From sequence record PP496436.1: DNA of 64,000 nucleotides; one strand, written 5' to 3'. Below the pieces are notes generated by a model. That model ran no database searches. It was not told the DNA's origin and was given only the letters and a program-made list of their open reading frames with translations. The first letter of the stretch is position 1, and each line of letters starts with the position of its first letter. A program made the translations under genes and the position numbers. This document shows, in pieces, positions 18,268-26,989 of the stretch.

Positions 18268-19871
18268 TTGTTCCACTCCTTGCGAGCCTTTAGCTGGGCT
18301 TCGGTAGGGGCCACCCGGAATCGTGTGTTCTGGGGCGACAAGTTCTTGAGCAGTGTGGTGGTCACACATTCGTGCGGCGTGATATGCAGCAGCAGGTCAC
18401 TGGCTCGGGTATACGACACGTATTGAACGTGGGGCAGCTGGCCGTCTTCACAGTCGAACCAGTCGTCGATCACCGCGACTCGTTCACTCTCCATCCCCTT
18501 CGCACCCCATGAGGTGTTAAGTTCCACACCTTTGCCGTGGTCATTGGCAATGATCTTGGTGATGAACGTCTTCACTTCGGCAGCGCTACCAAGGTCCCAG
18601 TTGGTGACGATGTACAACGCAGCGTCTGCGGCATCCTTGATCAGTGGTTCCTTTGCCTCCTTACGCAAATCATCCAACGCCTTAACGAAGTCAAGAGTGG
18701 ACTTGCGACCACAACGCATGGCGACACCAATCACCTGCTCAAGCACTTTGGCTTTCTTGAAGGTAACCTCCAGTCCGCGATCCATGTACTCCAGCGCGAT
18801 GCGGATCAGATGCTTGTTGCGGGCGCTGACCACACGCTGCACGTCGAACTTGATCATGCTCTTGATGCGGTACGGGTCCTTCTTGGTGTGCGCCGTCAGC
18901 ATCTTGACTTGCCCACCCTCGGCGAAGGCTTCAAGCGGCACATCGGGGAATCGACCCTTGACGAACTCGACGATCTTCGATTTGGACCGGTACGTGGTGG
19001 TAGACGGCAATCTCTTAGCGTTGAACTCCTTGAACATGTCAGCCATGCCCGCGCTCAACCCACCTCGGAACGCATAGATGGCCTGCCATGGATCACCGAC
19101 GAAGACGAACAACATGCCCGGCTTCAACCGGCGGAACAGGCGCAGTGTGTCATGCTGCACAAGGTTGAAGTCTTGGAACTCATCGACGAACAACACGTCC
19201 GGCAGGATCTTCGCCAGCGTGGCGTACTGCGTGCGGATAAAGCTGTTGGCCAGAACCATGCGGCTCATGTCGTTGAAGTCTACCGACGACGTGGTCTCAT
19301 CACTGGCTTCCAGCGCCTCACATATTTCAGGAAGCAGTGGCACCACCTTCTCATGGGGAATCAAGAAGCGGTACTTGCCGGTGATCAGTTCCTTGATCTG
19401 CTTGGGGTCGCTGTAGGGAATGCCCAATTCACGGATACGCTCTCCGTGCCAGCGGATGTCCTTGTTCACACGAGGCCCGTCTTGGGGGAACAGTGCGTCC
19501 ACCACCTGGAACCACTTGTCGAACATGATCGGTACGGCCTTGGCACCCGTCAACGTCTTGAACAACTCCAGCCCGTAGCTGTGCATGGTGGAACTGGAGA
19601 CCGCCCGATCCTTAATACGCTGATCGAACACCTTGGCGTTGTCCGTGTTGAACACGATGGCGCGCATGGTCAGCTTCGGGCACTCTTTACGAATGCGGCG
19701 GATAGTCTCGATGATCAGGGTGGTCTTACCCGATCCGGCACCGGCGTCGATGCCCACTGCGTCTTGTGGCTTGCCGGTGTACAAGTCTTTAGGCATCGAC
19801 TTGGCTTTCTTCAAGATCTCGTTGAAGATGTCATTCTGTTGCTTGGACCAAACTCTTTCAGTAGTGGACAT
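18264..19871 (-). CDS. UvrD/Rep-like SF1 DNA helicase
   Basis: 'AGAGSGKT' (I), 'VDEFQD' (II), 'VGDPWQAIYAFRG' (III), 'TYRS' (IV), 'AKGMES' (V), 'YVSYTRA' (VI). Confidence 0.92.
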   Translation of the reverse strand: MSTTERVWSKQQNDIFNEILKKAKSMPKDLYTGKPQDAVGIDAGAGSGKTTLIIETIRRIRKECPKLTMRAIVFNTDNAKVFDQRIKDRAVSSSTMHSYGLELFKTLTGAKAVPIMFDKWFQVVDALFPQDGPRVNKDIRWHGERIRELGIPYSDPKQIKELITGKYRFLIPHEKVVPLLPEICEALEASDETTSSVDFNDMSRMVLANSFIRTQYATLAKILPDVLFVDEFQDFNLVQHDTLRLFRRLKPGMLFVFVGDPWQAIYAFRGGLSAGMADMFKEFNAKRLPSTTTYRSKSKIVEFVKGRFPDVPLEAFAEGGQVKMLTAHTKKDPYRIKSMIKFDVQRVVSARNKHLIRIALEYMDRGLEVTFKKAKVLEQVIGVAMRCGRKSTLDFVKALDDLRKEAKEPLIKDAADAALYIVTNWDLGSAAEVKTFITKIIANDHGKGVELNTSWGAKGMESERVAVIDDWFDCEDGQLPHVQYVSYTRASDLLLHITPHECVTTTLLKNLSPQNTRFRVAPTEAQLKARKEWNK

Positions 19872-19901
19872 GGGTTTACCTTAACGCTTCACGGTTTCCA
19901 T

Positions 19902-19937
19902 CCATTTACACGAGGCCTATGCGCGTGGGGTAAATGA
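19902..19937. promoter_or_regulatory. Back-to-back GTAAATG motifs at the strand switch
   Basis: Minus-strand GTAAATGG at 19902-19909 and plus-strand GTAAATGA at 19930-19937, between divergent genes. Confidence 0.55.
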
Positions 19938-19998
19938 GCGTATAGCAATCGAATACGTGGAATTAGCCCTTAACGGCGTCCCCACTAGCGGAGAACAC

Positions 19999-21477
19999 AT
20001 GAAATCTGTAGCCGTTGACTACCAAAAGATAGCCAAGGAATGCCAGTGTACCGAGCTGCCTTCTAAGGTAAGAGTTACGCGTGCACGGGTCTATCCAAAC
20101 TTGAGGACGTGCCTACTCTTCCTCAAGTACGATGCCAAAGGCGATCTGGTGCAAGCCGAGATCACTGCGCCGTACGACACTTCCACCGAGCCAAAGGTGC
20201 GTGTGCTCAAGCACCCGGACAAGAAGTCCGACTTCCTTTCATTATATAGAGCGCTGATCCGCCATCAGATCATACCCGAGTCTATTCCGAAGAAAGGTAA
20301 CGGGATTGCACCGACGCTGGAGGTAATCGGCACACTGGTGAGCCTGCTGCCGGAACGGGATGTCGAAACCTTCCGAACCCTGACCCCGGCCATCCAGACT
20401 GGCAGCGTCATGTACGTCCCTCTGGTTACGTCCCGGCCAATGCCCATGGTGCAACACTGGATACCCGTTGACCAGCATTCAGAGCTGGGCATGATCGAGC
20501 TGGTCGATACGGATAGCAAGCCTTTCCTTAATCAGTGGGTCAACAGGTTGAGCAACACCGCCACCGGTTATGTGATCTACACCCCGGAAGGCTCACACGG
20601 TCAGGAACTCGCCTGCTTCCGTGTGCCCAATGTGCAAGGAGAGGAACTGTGCGTGGTCAAGAAGGTGGACTTCACCCTTACCGTTGCTCGCACCCTCAAG
20701 CCGGTACTGACCGTCTCCACCAAGAGTACGCGTGCCGTATCCCGCATTCCCCTACCCCACTATCTGATGCTGCGCAATCACCACATCAAGGTTGGCACGG
20801 TTATTTCCCTGCGGCGTAACGACCGAGGTGGGTTGGTGTACCATGAGACGGTGGCAGAGGAAGGGATGACACCTCTGCCACTGTGCCCACATTGCCATAG
20901 TGGATCTGTGCTGCGAAGTAGTAGCAATGACGTGTACTGCAATAACGATTCATGCCGAGGCCTAGCCATCGTGCGACTTCGCTACATCTTGAACAACAAG
21001 CTGGACGTCAAGTACCTGAGTCAGAACAAGGTGACGGCGTTGGTCAACGACAAGCAGGACCTGTTCAGCTTGCTCAAGACACCGACTCACCTATTGCGGC
21101 ACAGAGCGGGCTTCGGTGCACGTACGGTGGATGCGCTGGAAGAGAAGCTGAACACTATCGCCGGTCTTCCACTGCACACGCTGGCCGAGATGTCCTGCGC
21201 TTTCTACAACGTGGGTGTGCCCCCGCTGGATGAGATGGTGTTCAAGAAGATCTTTTCCGTGATGTCGCTTGACCACCTGAAAGCACTGCCCTCCACCGGT
21301 AAGATGTACAGCCAGTTGCTCGACATCGAAGGTATCCGCAACAACCGCGCAGTGGCTTTCCTCGCTGGTTGGCCTGCATTTCAACAGTGGATGATAGATC
21401 TTAACGCTGCCCTACAGTCTCGTAGCGCAATCTCCTCCACGGTAAATAACCCGAAACAAATTCGAGGTGTTAAATGA
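19999..21477 (+). CDS. ligA: NAD-dependent DNA ligase-like protein, degenerate adenylation motif
   Basis: OB-like 'LKPV...HHIKVGTVISLRR', Zn finger 'CPHC...YCNNDSC', HhH 'GFGARTV' and 'LLDIEGI'; motif I reads YPNLRT instead of EPKLDG; no BRCT. Confidence 0.65.
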   Translation: MKSVAVDYQKIAKECQCTELPSKVRVTRARVYPNLRTCLLFLKYDAKGDLVQAEITAPYDTSTEPKVRVLKHPDKKSDFLSLYRALIRHQIIPESIPKKGNGIAPTLEVIGTLVSLLPERDVETFRTLTPAIQTGSVMYVPLVTSRPMPMVQHWIPVDQHSELGMIELVDTDSKPFLNQWVNRLSNTATGYVIYTPEGSHGQELACFRVPNVQGEELCVVKKVDFTLTVARTLKPVLTVSTKSTRAVSRIPLPHYLMLRNHHIKVGTVISLRRNDRGGLVYHETVAEEGMTPLPLCPHCHSGSVLRSSSNDVYCNNDSCRGLAIVRLRYILNNKLDVKYLSQNKVTALVNDKQDLFSLLKTPTHLLRHRAGFGARTVDALEEKLNTIAGLPLHTLAEMSCAFYNVGVPPLDEMVFKKIFSVMSLDHLKALPSTGKMYSQLLDIEGIRNNRAVAFLAGWPAFQQWMIDLNAALQSRSAISSTVNNPKQIRGVK

Positions 21478-22238
21478 ACAATCAAAACAGAACTCGTATC
21501 GCTGTGCTTGTCGGCGGCGGTCTGGACTCACATGCGTACATGGTATTGAAAGCCGACCAGCCTCAGACAGACTTCATTCATGTGGACTACGGCCAGCGGG
21601 TTGCAGTAGCCGAGAGAAACGCCGTGTTGCAAATGGCTGAGAAGCTGGGCATTGCCCGCAGCCGGGTGTACACGCTGATCTGCAACAAGAAGAATCACAT
21701 GCGCAAGGTCAATGACGGTGTGGGTGTGTTGTTTGGCACCGGCCCGGTCGAGATGGACAATGCGTTTGTTAAGGGGCGTAACCTGTTCCTGATTCAGAAG
21801 GCCATCGAGCTGGGCTACGGTCACGTGCACCTGACGCTGACCCAAGAGCGTGGCCGGATGTTCCCCGATGCCGATCTGGCATTCGTCCAGCTGGTGGACA
21901 ACCTGATGCACCGCAGTTATGACGTGAGGGTGTCCGCACCCTACATCATGGAAGACAAACACCGGGTGATGTTCAAGGCGTATCGGCACTGTCCCGAGTT
22001 CATCGATATGTCTTTCACGTGCTGGGTAGGTCCTTATGTGGAATGCGGAACGTGCCCGCACTGCTACAAGAAGGAAAAGATTCGAGCCGAGATGATCGTT
22101 GAGAAGATTGAATACGATCTCAGCAAGGATGAACGTGAGGCGCAGTGGGAGCAAGTCAAGGCAGGCTACGGCGACGCGTTGAAGCCCGCTGAGACCATCA
22201 ACATGAACATTCAGGTTGTTGACGGGGAAATGAAATGA
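21474..22238 (+). CDS. queC: QueC-like protein (copy 1)
   Basis: 'VLVGGGLDS' PP-loop, 'VDYGQR', 'FVKGRN', 'FPDA', 'FTCW...CGTCPHC'. Confidence 0.85.
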   Translation: MNNQNRTRIAVLVGGGLDSHAYMVLKADQPQTDFIHVDYGQRVAVAERNAVLQMAEKLGIARSRVYTLICNKKNHMRKVNDGVGVLFGTGPVEMDNAFVKGRNLFLIQKAIELGYGHVHLTLTQERGRMFPDADLAFVQLVDNLMHRSYDVRVSAPYIMEDKHRVMFKAYRHCPEFIDMSFTCWVGPYVECGTCPHCYKKEKIRAEMIVEKIEYDLSKDEREAQWEQVKAGYGDALKPAETINMNIQVVDGEMK

Positions 22239-22996
22239 ACAAGTTCTTAGGTTGGTTCAAGCGTCTGCTGGGTAAGGAGCAAAAGGCGGTAACGATGACA
22301 ATGACCGACGCCAGTGGCAAGTTGGTCACCATTCATATACCTAAAGGTGCTGGGGTTGAGTACACCTTGTCGAAGTCGGGTGCCCACTTGAACGTCTCGG
22401 TCAAGGACGACATCTTCGTATTGAGCACGAACGGTGCTGGAGGCGGTGGGGGTGGCCGCGGTAGATCCAAACCTGGTGGCCCCGTCCATCCGCCCGTGCA
22501 TCCGCGCCAAACCGTCCCAGTGGGTCCAGGCGCCCCGAACATGGGTTGCGCTGGGGACGCACCGAGTGGAGCAGGTGTAACGTCGCCAGTGGGCGCTCAA
22601 GCTTCGTTCCCTATCGGTGCCCGAGCCACTGTTTCTGGTGGTGGCCGCGTTGGTGGTCTGGCGGGTGACGGACGGGAACACAGAGAACTCGGAGGTGCAC
22701 CCGGTCCCGGCGGAGATAGCTTCGTGCCCTCTCCAATCCGTAGTAGTGACCGAGCCTATCGCATCCGCGGTCTGTACTACGTCATTACGACTCGAAAGCT
22801 TACAGGTGAGGAGTACCCGACCCACGAACTTCTGCACTGGGGCCTTCGAGACATAGAACTCATGGGCAAGTTCTCAACGGTCCGTGAAGCTATCGACGAA
22901 CTCAAGAGTAAGCTGGGTATCGTGTTAGACGATATTACGGACTATCAGGTTGACTCCATTCCCAAACGAATGTGCAAACCACCGCACAAATCTTGA
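22235..22996 (+). CDS. Gly/Pro-rich hypothetical protein
   Basis: 253 aa, central Gly/Pro/Ala low-complexity tract, overlapping start with QueC copy 1. Confidence 0.6.
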   Translation: MNKFLGWFKRLLGKEQKAVTMTMTDASGKLVTIHIPKGAGVEYTLSKSGAHLNVSVKDDIFVLSTNGAGGGGGGRGRSKPGGPVHPPVHPRQTVPVGPGAPNMGCAGDAPSGAGVTSPVGAQASFPIGARATVSGGGRVGGLAGDGREHRELGGAPGPGGDSFVPSPIRSSDRAYRIRGLYYVITTRKLTGEEYPTHELLHWGLRDIELMGKFSTVREAIDELKSKLGIVLDDITDYQVDSIPKRMCKPPHKS

Positions 22997-23034
22997 GCGG
23001 GTAAATGGCTCGCAACTAATCCGGAGACACTAGA

Positions 23035-23853
23035 ATGACCACTACACCCCCGAAGATTCTTGTCGCATTCAGCGCTGGCACAGATTCAACCACTGCGGCC
23101 TACTACTATCGCAAGCTCGGCTATCAGGTAACGCTGGCCGTGTTCGATGACGGCGCATGCAACGATCCGCTTGACCCTCTGTACGATCCGAACAAGCCGA
23201 AGGACTTGACCAACTTCTCGGATGAGTTCTACGATTACGTACGGATTCACCAAGAGCATACGGAAGGTCATCTGCAGTTCGACTTCGTGGAGATTCGTTA
23301 TCCGCAACTCGCATTGCTGGAAGCCAATAAGACGGCCAAGCCCGGTCGGGACAATGCGGCAGCAGCAGAGGCTGACGGCTTGGGCTTCTGGGTCGGCTTC
23401 AAGGGCCTGATGGCAATGTTGCTGATGAGCCACGGCGCCGCCAATGGTTACGAGGCAGTAGTCTTCGGCCACATGCCGTACAACAACCATTACGAAGATG
23501 AGCTGCCCCAGAACTTCGAGCTGCTGCGTCAGTACATGGTTACGGCCTATGGCAGCCGAGTGGAAATTCCTCAGATCTACCACCCGTTCTATCGACCTAA
23601 TTTCGATACCAAGGAAAAGGTTATTGAGCTGGCGCAGGCAATCGGCGTGCCCTTGCGAGATACCTATTCGTGCCGCCGAGGTGAAGTAGAAACCCGAGGC
23701 ATCCTCCTGCCACTTCTGCGTGGCGGTAAATCCAACTACGTGAGCCCCACCTACCGCTGGAAGCATTGCGGTACGTGTGAGAACTGTGTCGAACGCAAGC
23801 GAGCCTTCGCGGCGCTGGGCATGAAAGATCCTGCCCCTTATATGGAACATTGA
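23035..23853 (+). CDS. queC: QueC-like protein (copy 2, more divergent)
   Basis: 'VAFSAGTDS' PP-loop, 'TYSC', 'HCGTCENCVERKRAF' Zn cluster. Confidence 0.75.
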   Translation: MTTTPPKILVAFSAGTDSTTAAYYYRKLGYQVTLAVFDDGACNDPLDPLYDPNKPKDLTNFSDEFYDYVRIHQEHTEGHLQFDFVEIRYPQLALLEANKTAKPGRDNAAAAEADGLGFWVGFKGLMAMLLMSHGAANGYEAVVFGHMPYNNHYEDELPQNFELLRQYMVTAYGSRVEIPQIYHPFYRPNFDTKEKVIELAQAIGVPLRDTYSCRRGEVETRGILLPLLRGGKSNYVSPTYRWKHCGTCENCVERKRAFAALGMKDPAPYMEH

Positions 23854-23854
23854 T

Positions 23855-24844
23855 ATGGCCCTTTCAACCTGGCCGCTGACCGAAGGTGAACTCGGTCAGG
23901 GCCTCGTCAACGAACTGAATCGTACCAGCAAGGCGCTGGTGAACCGGAGTATGTGGTCTTTGCCATTGCTCCGGCGTTTGTTTTATCGGCGCACCGAGAT
24001 TGGTGTCCCGGAGCTACTCCACGTCTGTACCAGCATTCATCGGGGCAAGACTTACTTCTGCCTGTTGGTGAACTTCCGAGACGTGGTGATGGGCAATCCC
24101 GACCAGTATGGCTGGGATCTGGCGGGCCGCTGGTTGTTCTACGACGTTGACCTGCTGGACACCCCGCCGTTCAAAGCGGTGAAGAAGTCCATTGAGTCCC
24201 GTGCCACCAAGACCGAAGTGTCGTACGGTCAGGCTTTCCTCCCTTACGAGAAGAGTGATGAGGAATACGTCAAGTCCCTCAAGGGCAACTACAAGCCCCA
24301 CATCTTCGGCGAGAAGTCCAAGCAGTATCGCGTCTTATCGTACTTCGGGCTGGCAGCGGTAGCCCCCTTCGCTCAAGCTCTGATGTGCTTCGGCATTCAG
24401 CGCGCCGAAAGGTTTATGGCCGAAGGGCAGAACGATGTCCTCCCCGAGTTGTACGACCTGCCACTGCAACTGGCGGGGCTCGGCAATGTCTCGAACACCC
24501 GCATCGGCTGCGTGACCATTGAAGTCGAAGGTACGATGGTAGGTGCTATCAGCATGTATGCTCAAGGTGCACTGGGCGACGCGGACATGCTGTATCTGCA
24601 CGAGATCCTCATCGACCCGGACCCCAAGTGGAAGAGCTTGTCGCTGGCTACTCTGCTGCACATTCATGCCGTCCTGTACTATCGCCGATCCCTCCAGAAA
24701 GACATAGTGTTCAACCTGGGCTATAACTTCGCCGATGGGTATCAAGGTTACAAGGATGTCTTCCGTCCCAACGCCAACGCCTTCAACGTGTACACCGAGA
24801 TGGACACCGAGCCCGGCGTACCACTGTCCTGTTTCAAGGGGTAA
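23855..24844 (+). CDS. Fem/Acetyltransf_6-like GNAT-fold protein 1
   Basis: C-terminal 'LATLLHIHAVLYY...FNLGY...GYKDVF' resembles the Fem/BioF2-like F(D/N)xG...YK.xF tail. Confidence 0.5.
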   Translation: MALSTWPLTEGELGQGLVNELNRTSKALVNRSMWSLPLLRRLFYRRTEIGVPELLHVCTSIHRGKTYFCLLVNFRDVVMGNPDQYGWDLAGRWLFYDVDLLDTPPFKAVKKSIESRATKTEVSYGQAFLPYEKSDEEYVKSLKGNYKPHIFGEKSKQYRVLSYFGLAAVAPFAQALMCFGIQRAERFMAEGQNDVLPELYDLPLQLAGLGNVSNTRIGCVTIEVEGTMVGAISMYAQGALGDADMLYLHEILIDPDPKWKSLSLATLLHIHAVLYYRRSLQKDIVFNLGYNFADGYQGYKDVFRPNANAFNVYTEMDTEPGVPLSCFKG

Positions 24845-24847
24845 GAC

Positions 24848-25849
24848 ATGTACACTCCGTATTCCCAAAACAGCCTTATGCAGTCGATCCCTCTGGATGA
24901 CCAAGGTACATTCGCCCATCCACCGTACACGATGGAAGGAGAGTTCACCGACGTGTGGACGAATCCCAGCCTGTACGGGTTTGTTAGCTTGTTGAACGGT
25001 CAGAGCAATAGCCGGGCATATCGAGACTGGATGACCACCCACAATCTTCCAGCCCTGTTCCTCGGTCCGCACCATGAAGACAACTTCTGGTTTGAATTCA
25101 GCACTGGTCTCGATTCCAACTGCACGCTGGATTACAACGAGATCAACGTCCAAGGCAACCTGCAGGACTTCCTTGGGAGATTGACGTCATCTCGCCGTCG
25201 CTCCGTGCTCAAGGCAAAGGAAACGGATACAATGATCCACAAGGCAGGCTCGGTAGCCAACTTCAACCTGTATCATCCGGTAGAGGGTAGGCTGTATAGT
25301 CTGACCGTGATTCACGAACGCCGGGTGATGAAAGATATTTCCGAGTTTATCGAATCGAAACTCTGGAGTATGAAGCATACGCCTACTGACCTCACGTACG
25401 GTGCATTCACCACTCTGATGGACTACATCCGGTTGAAGCAGCGAGATGACACGCCGCTGGGCCACCGGTTGCGCAACGTACAGCTCTTGGTTATCCGAGA
25501 TGAACGCTCCGGGTTTATCGTGTCGGTACACCTGGTGGCGATCACCACGTTGAAAGATGAGTCCATGAACCCCATCAAGACGTACATGCACTCCTTCGCA
25601 CGCATCACTGTTCTCCCTGCACGCATCGCCTTACTTGCGTTGATCAAGGCGGTTCAAGAGTTAAACGTCACCAGTCAGTATGCGTCCCGTGCACTGGCGA
25701 AGATCGACTATCTTGATGTGAGCAACGTGGTGCTGTCCGAGCGAGAGCAGTACAAGTCGGACTTCTTCACCGGCAAATGCCAAGTGCGTGCGTGGGCATC
25801 CCCGGCGCTGCTGGAACGGCAGTTACCTTTCGTCACGCCGATCCCGTAA
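24848..25849 (+). CDS. Fem/Acetyltransf_6-like GNAT-fold protein 2
   Basis: 'LQDFLGRLTSSRRRSVLKA' and C-terminal 'DYLDVS...QYKSDF'. Confidence 0.5.
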   Translation: MYTPYSQNSLMQSIPLDDQGTFAHPPYTMEGEFTDVWTNPSLYGFVSLLNGQSNSRAYRDWMTTHNLPALFLGPHHEDNFWFEFSTGLDSNCTLDYNEINVQGNLQDFLGRLTSSRRRSVLKAKETDTMIHKAGSVANFNLYHPVEGRLYSLTVIHERRVMKDISEFIESKLWSMKHTPTDLTYGAFTTLMDYIRLKQRDDTPLGHRLRNVQLLVIRDERSGFIVSVHLVAITTLKDESMNPIKTYMHSFARITVLPARIALLALIKAVQELNVTSQYASRALAKIDYLDVSNVVLSEREQYKSDFFTGKCQVRAWASPALLERQLPFVTPIP

Positions 25850-25903
25850 CTCTGTAAATGATGGGAACAGCCCCACCATCACTTCATCTCTAGGGTAGTT
25901 CCC

Positions 25904-26956
25904 ATGCAAGACTTCGATAAGATAATGATCGATAGTAGTTTGACATCCAATCTGGTGTACGCAGGGTTGGGTAACTTGATCACGCCCCGCGCACTTGACC
26001 TGCTGATCGAACATCAGGCTGCACTGGAAAACGTATACGCCAATCTGGAAACGGCCTATCAGATTACCCCACCCTTCCCCTGTGAAGCTGCATTCAATTC
26101 CCCTGACAAAGATCCTGTGCTGGTCGCCGACTATCTGAATGCTACTCCCGCCATCCGTTGCGGAGAGCTGGCTGGATTCGAGGCAAAGCCCGGCAGTTAC
26201 TACCATGCGCCCGCCGCTGGTATCTCCCCGGAACATCGCATTGACGTACGTGGTATGTCTTTGCGTGAGTTCGACCACTATCTGGTTGAGCGTAAGGAAG
26301 TATCCCGTATCACTACCAATCTGGTGGCCGACAAGTTCCGCTGTGAGACGCATGTGTACAAAGTGGATGAAGATCATATCCTGATCCATGACGCCGAACG
26401 AGTTGGGATCAGCCAGACGGACTTCCGCCGCATGTGGGCGCAGACCCGCCGCCGGGAAATCGCTGAAAACTATCTGCAGTACATGCCCATCGAAGATTCC
26501 GCCAAGGATGATCAGGTGGTGCGACTGATCAACGAAGACGTAGCACGGGTGTTCGCCCAGAACGTCGACTACGACCGCATGATTCCGCCCGAGCTGATCT
26601 TCGATGGTCAGGGCAAGCCGGTGCTGACCGTGCTGAAAGATTGCAACGCCAAGGTATTGGGCATTGGTGTGTACGTCATCTACAAGTCAGCTGACCCAGA
26701 GCATGACAGCGAACTGCACTGGCGTGGCGCTTTCTACGATCACGAAGATCCTCGCGTAGCATCCATGGGCATTGAACACGCTCTGGTTGCCAGCGCACTG
26801 CACACAGCGTACGCCTGCAACGCGGTCCTCTATCTGACCAAGGCACCTAAGTCCGTGTGCGACGCATGGAAGACGGAAGTGCACCAAGGTTACGGTCTGG
26901 TCCGTAATGCGATGCCGGAACTGTCTGACACCCCTTACATTCTGGCTATCCAGTAA
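25904..26956 (+). CDS. GNAT-fold-like protein 3
   Basis: 'FDHYL', 'KVLGIGVYVI...WRGAFYD...MGIEHALVASAL' resemble GNAT beta strands and helix (weak). Confidence 0.35.
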   Translation: MQDFDKIMIDSSLTSNLVYAGLGNLITPRALDLLIEHQAALENVYANLETAYQITPPFPCEAAFNSPDKDPVLVADYLNATPAIRCGELAGFEAKPGSYYHAPAAGISPEHRIDVRGMSLREFDHYLVERKEVSRITTNLVADKFRCETHVYKVDEDHILIHDAERVGISQTDFRRMWAQTRRREIAENYLQYMPIEDSAKDDQVVRLINEDVARVFAQNVDYDRMIPPELIFDGQGKPVLTVLKDCNAKVLGIGVYVIYKSADPEHDSELHWRGAFYDHEDPRVASMGIEHALVASALHTAYACNAVLYLTKAPKSVCDAWKTEVHQGYGLVRNAMPELSDTPYILAIQ

Positions 26957-26989
26957 ATAGCCGGTAACTCCATCCATTGAGGTACTTCC

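Noticed and set aside
21474-24844. Protein deazaguanylation system (QatC/Cap9-like) with an N-terminal-Gly substrate next to the QueC genes
   Set aside because: No neighbouring ORF starts Met-Gly and no nucleotidyltransferase or Qat partner is visible; kept only as an alternative hypothesis.
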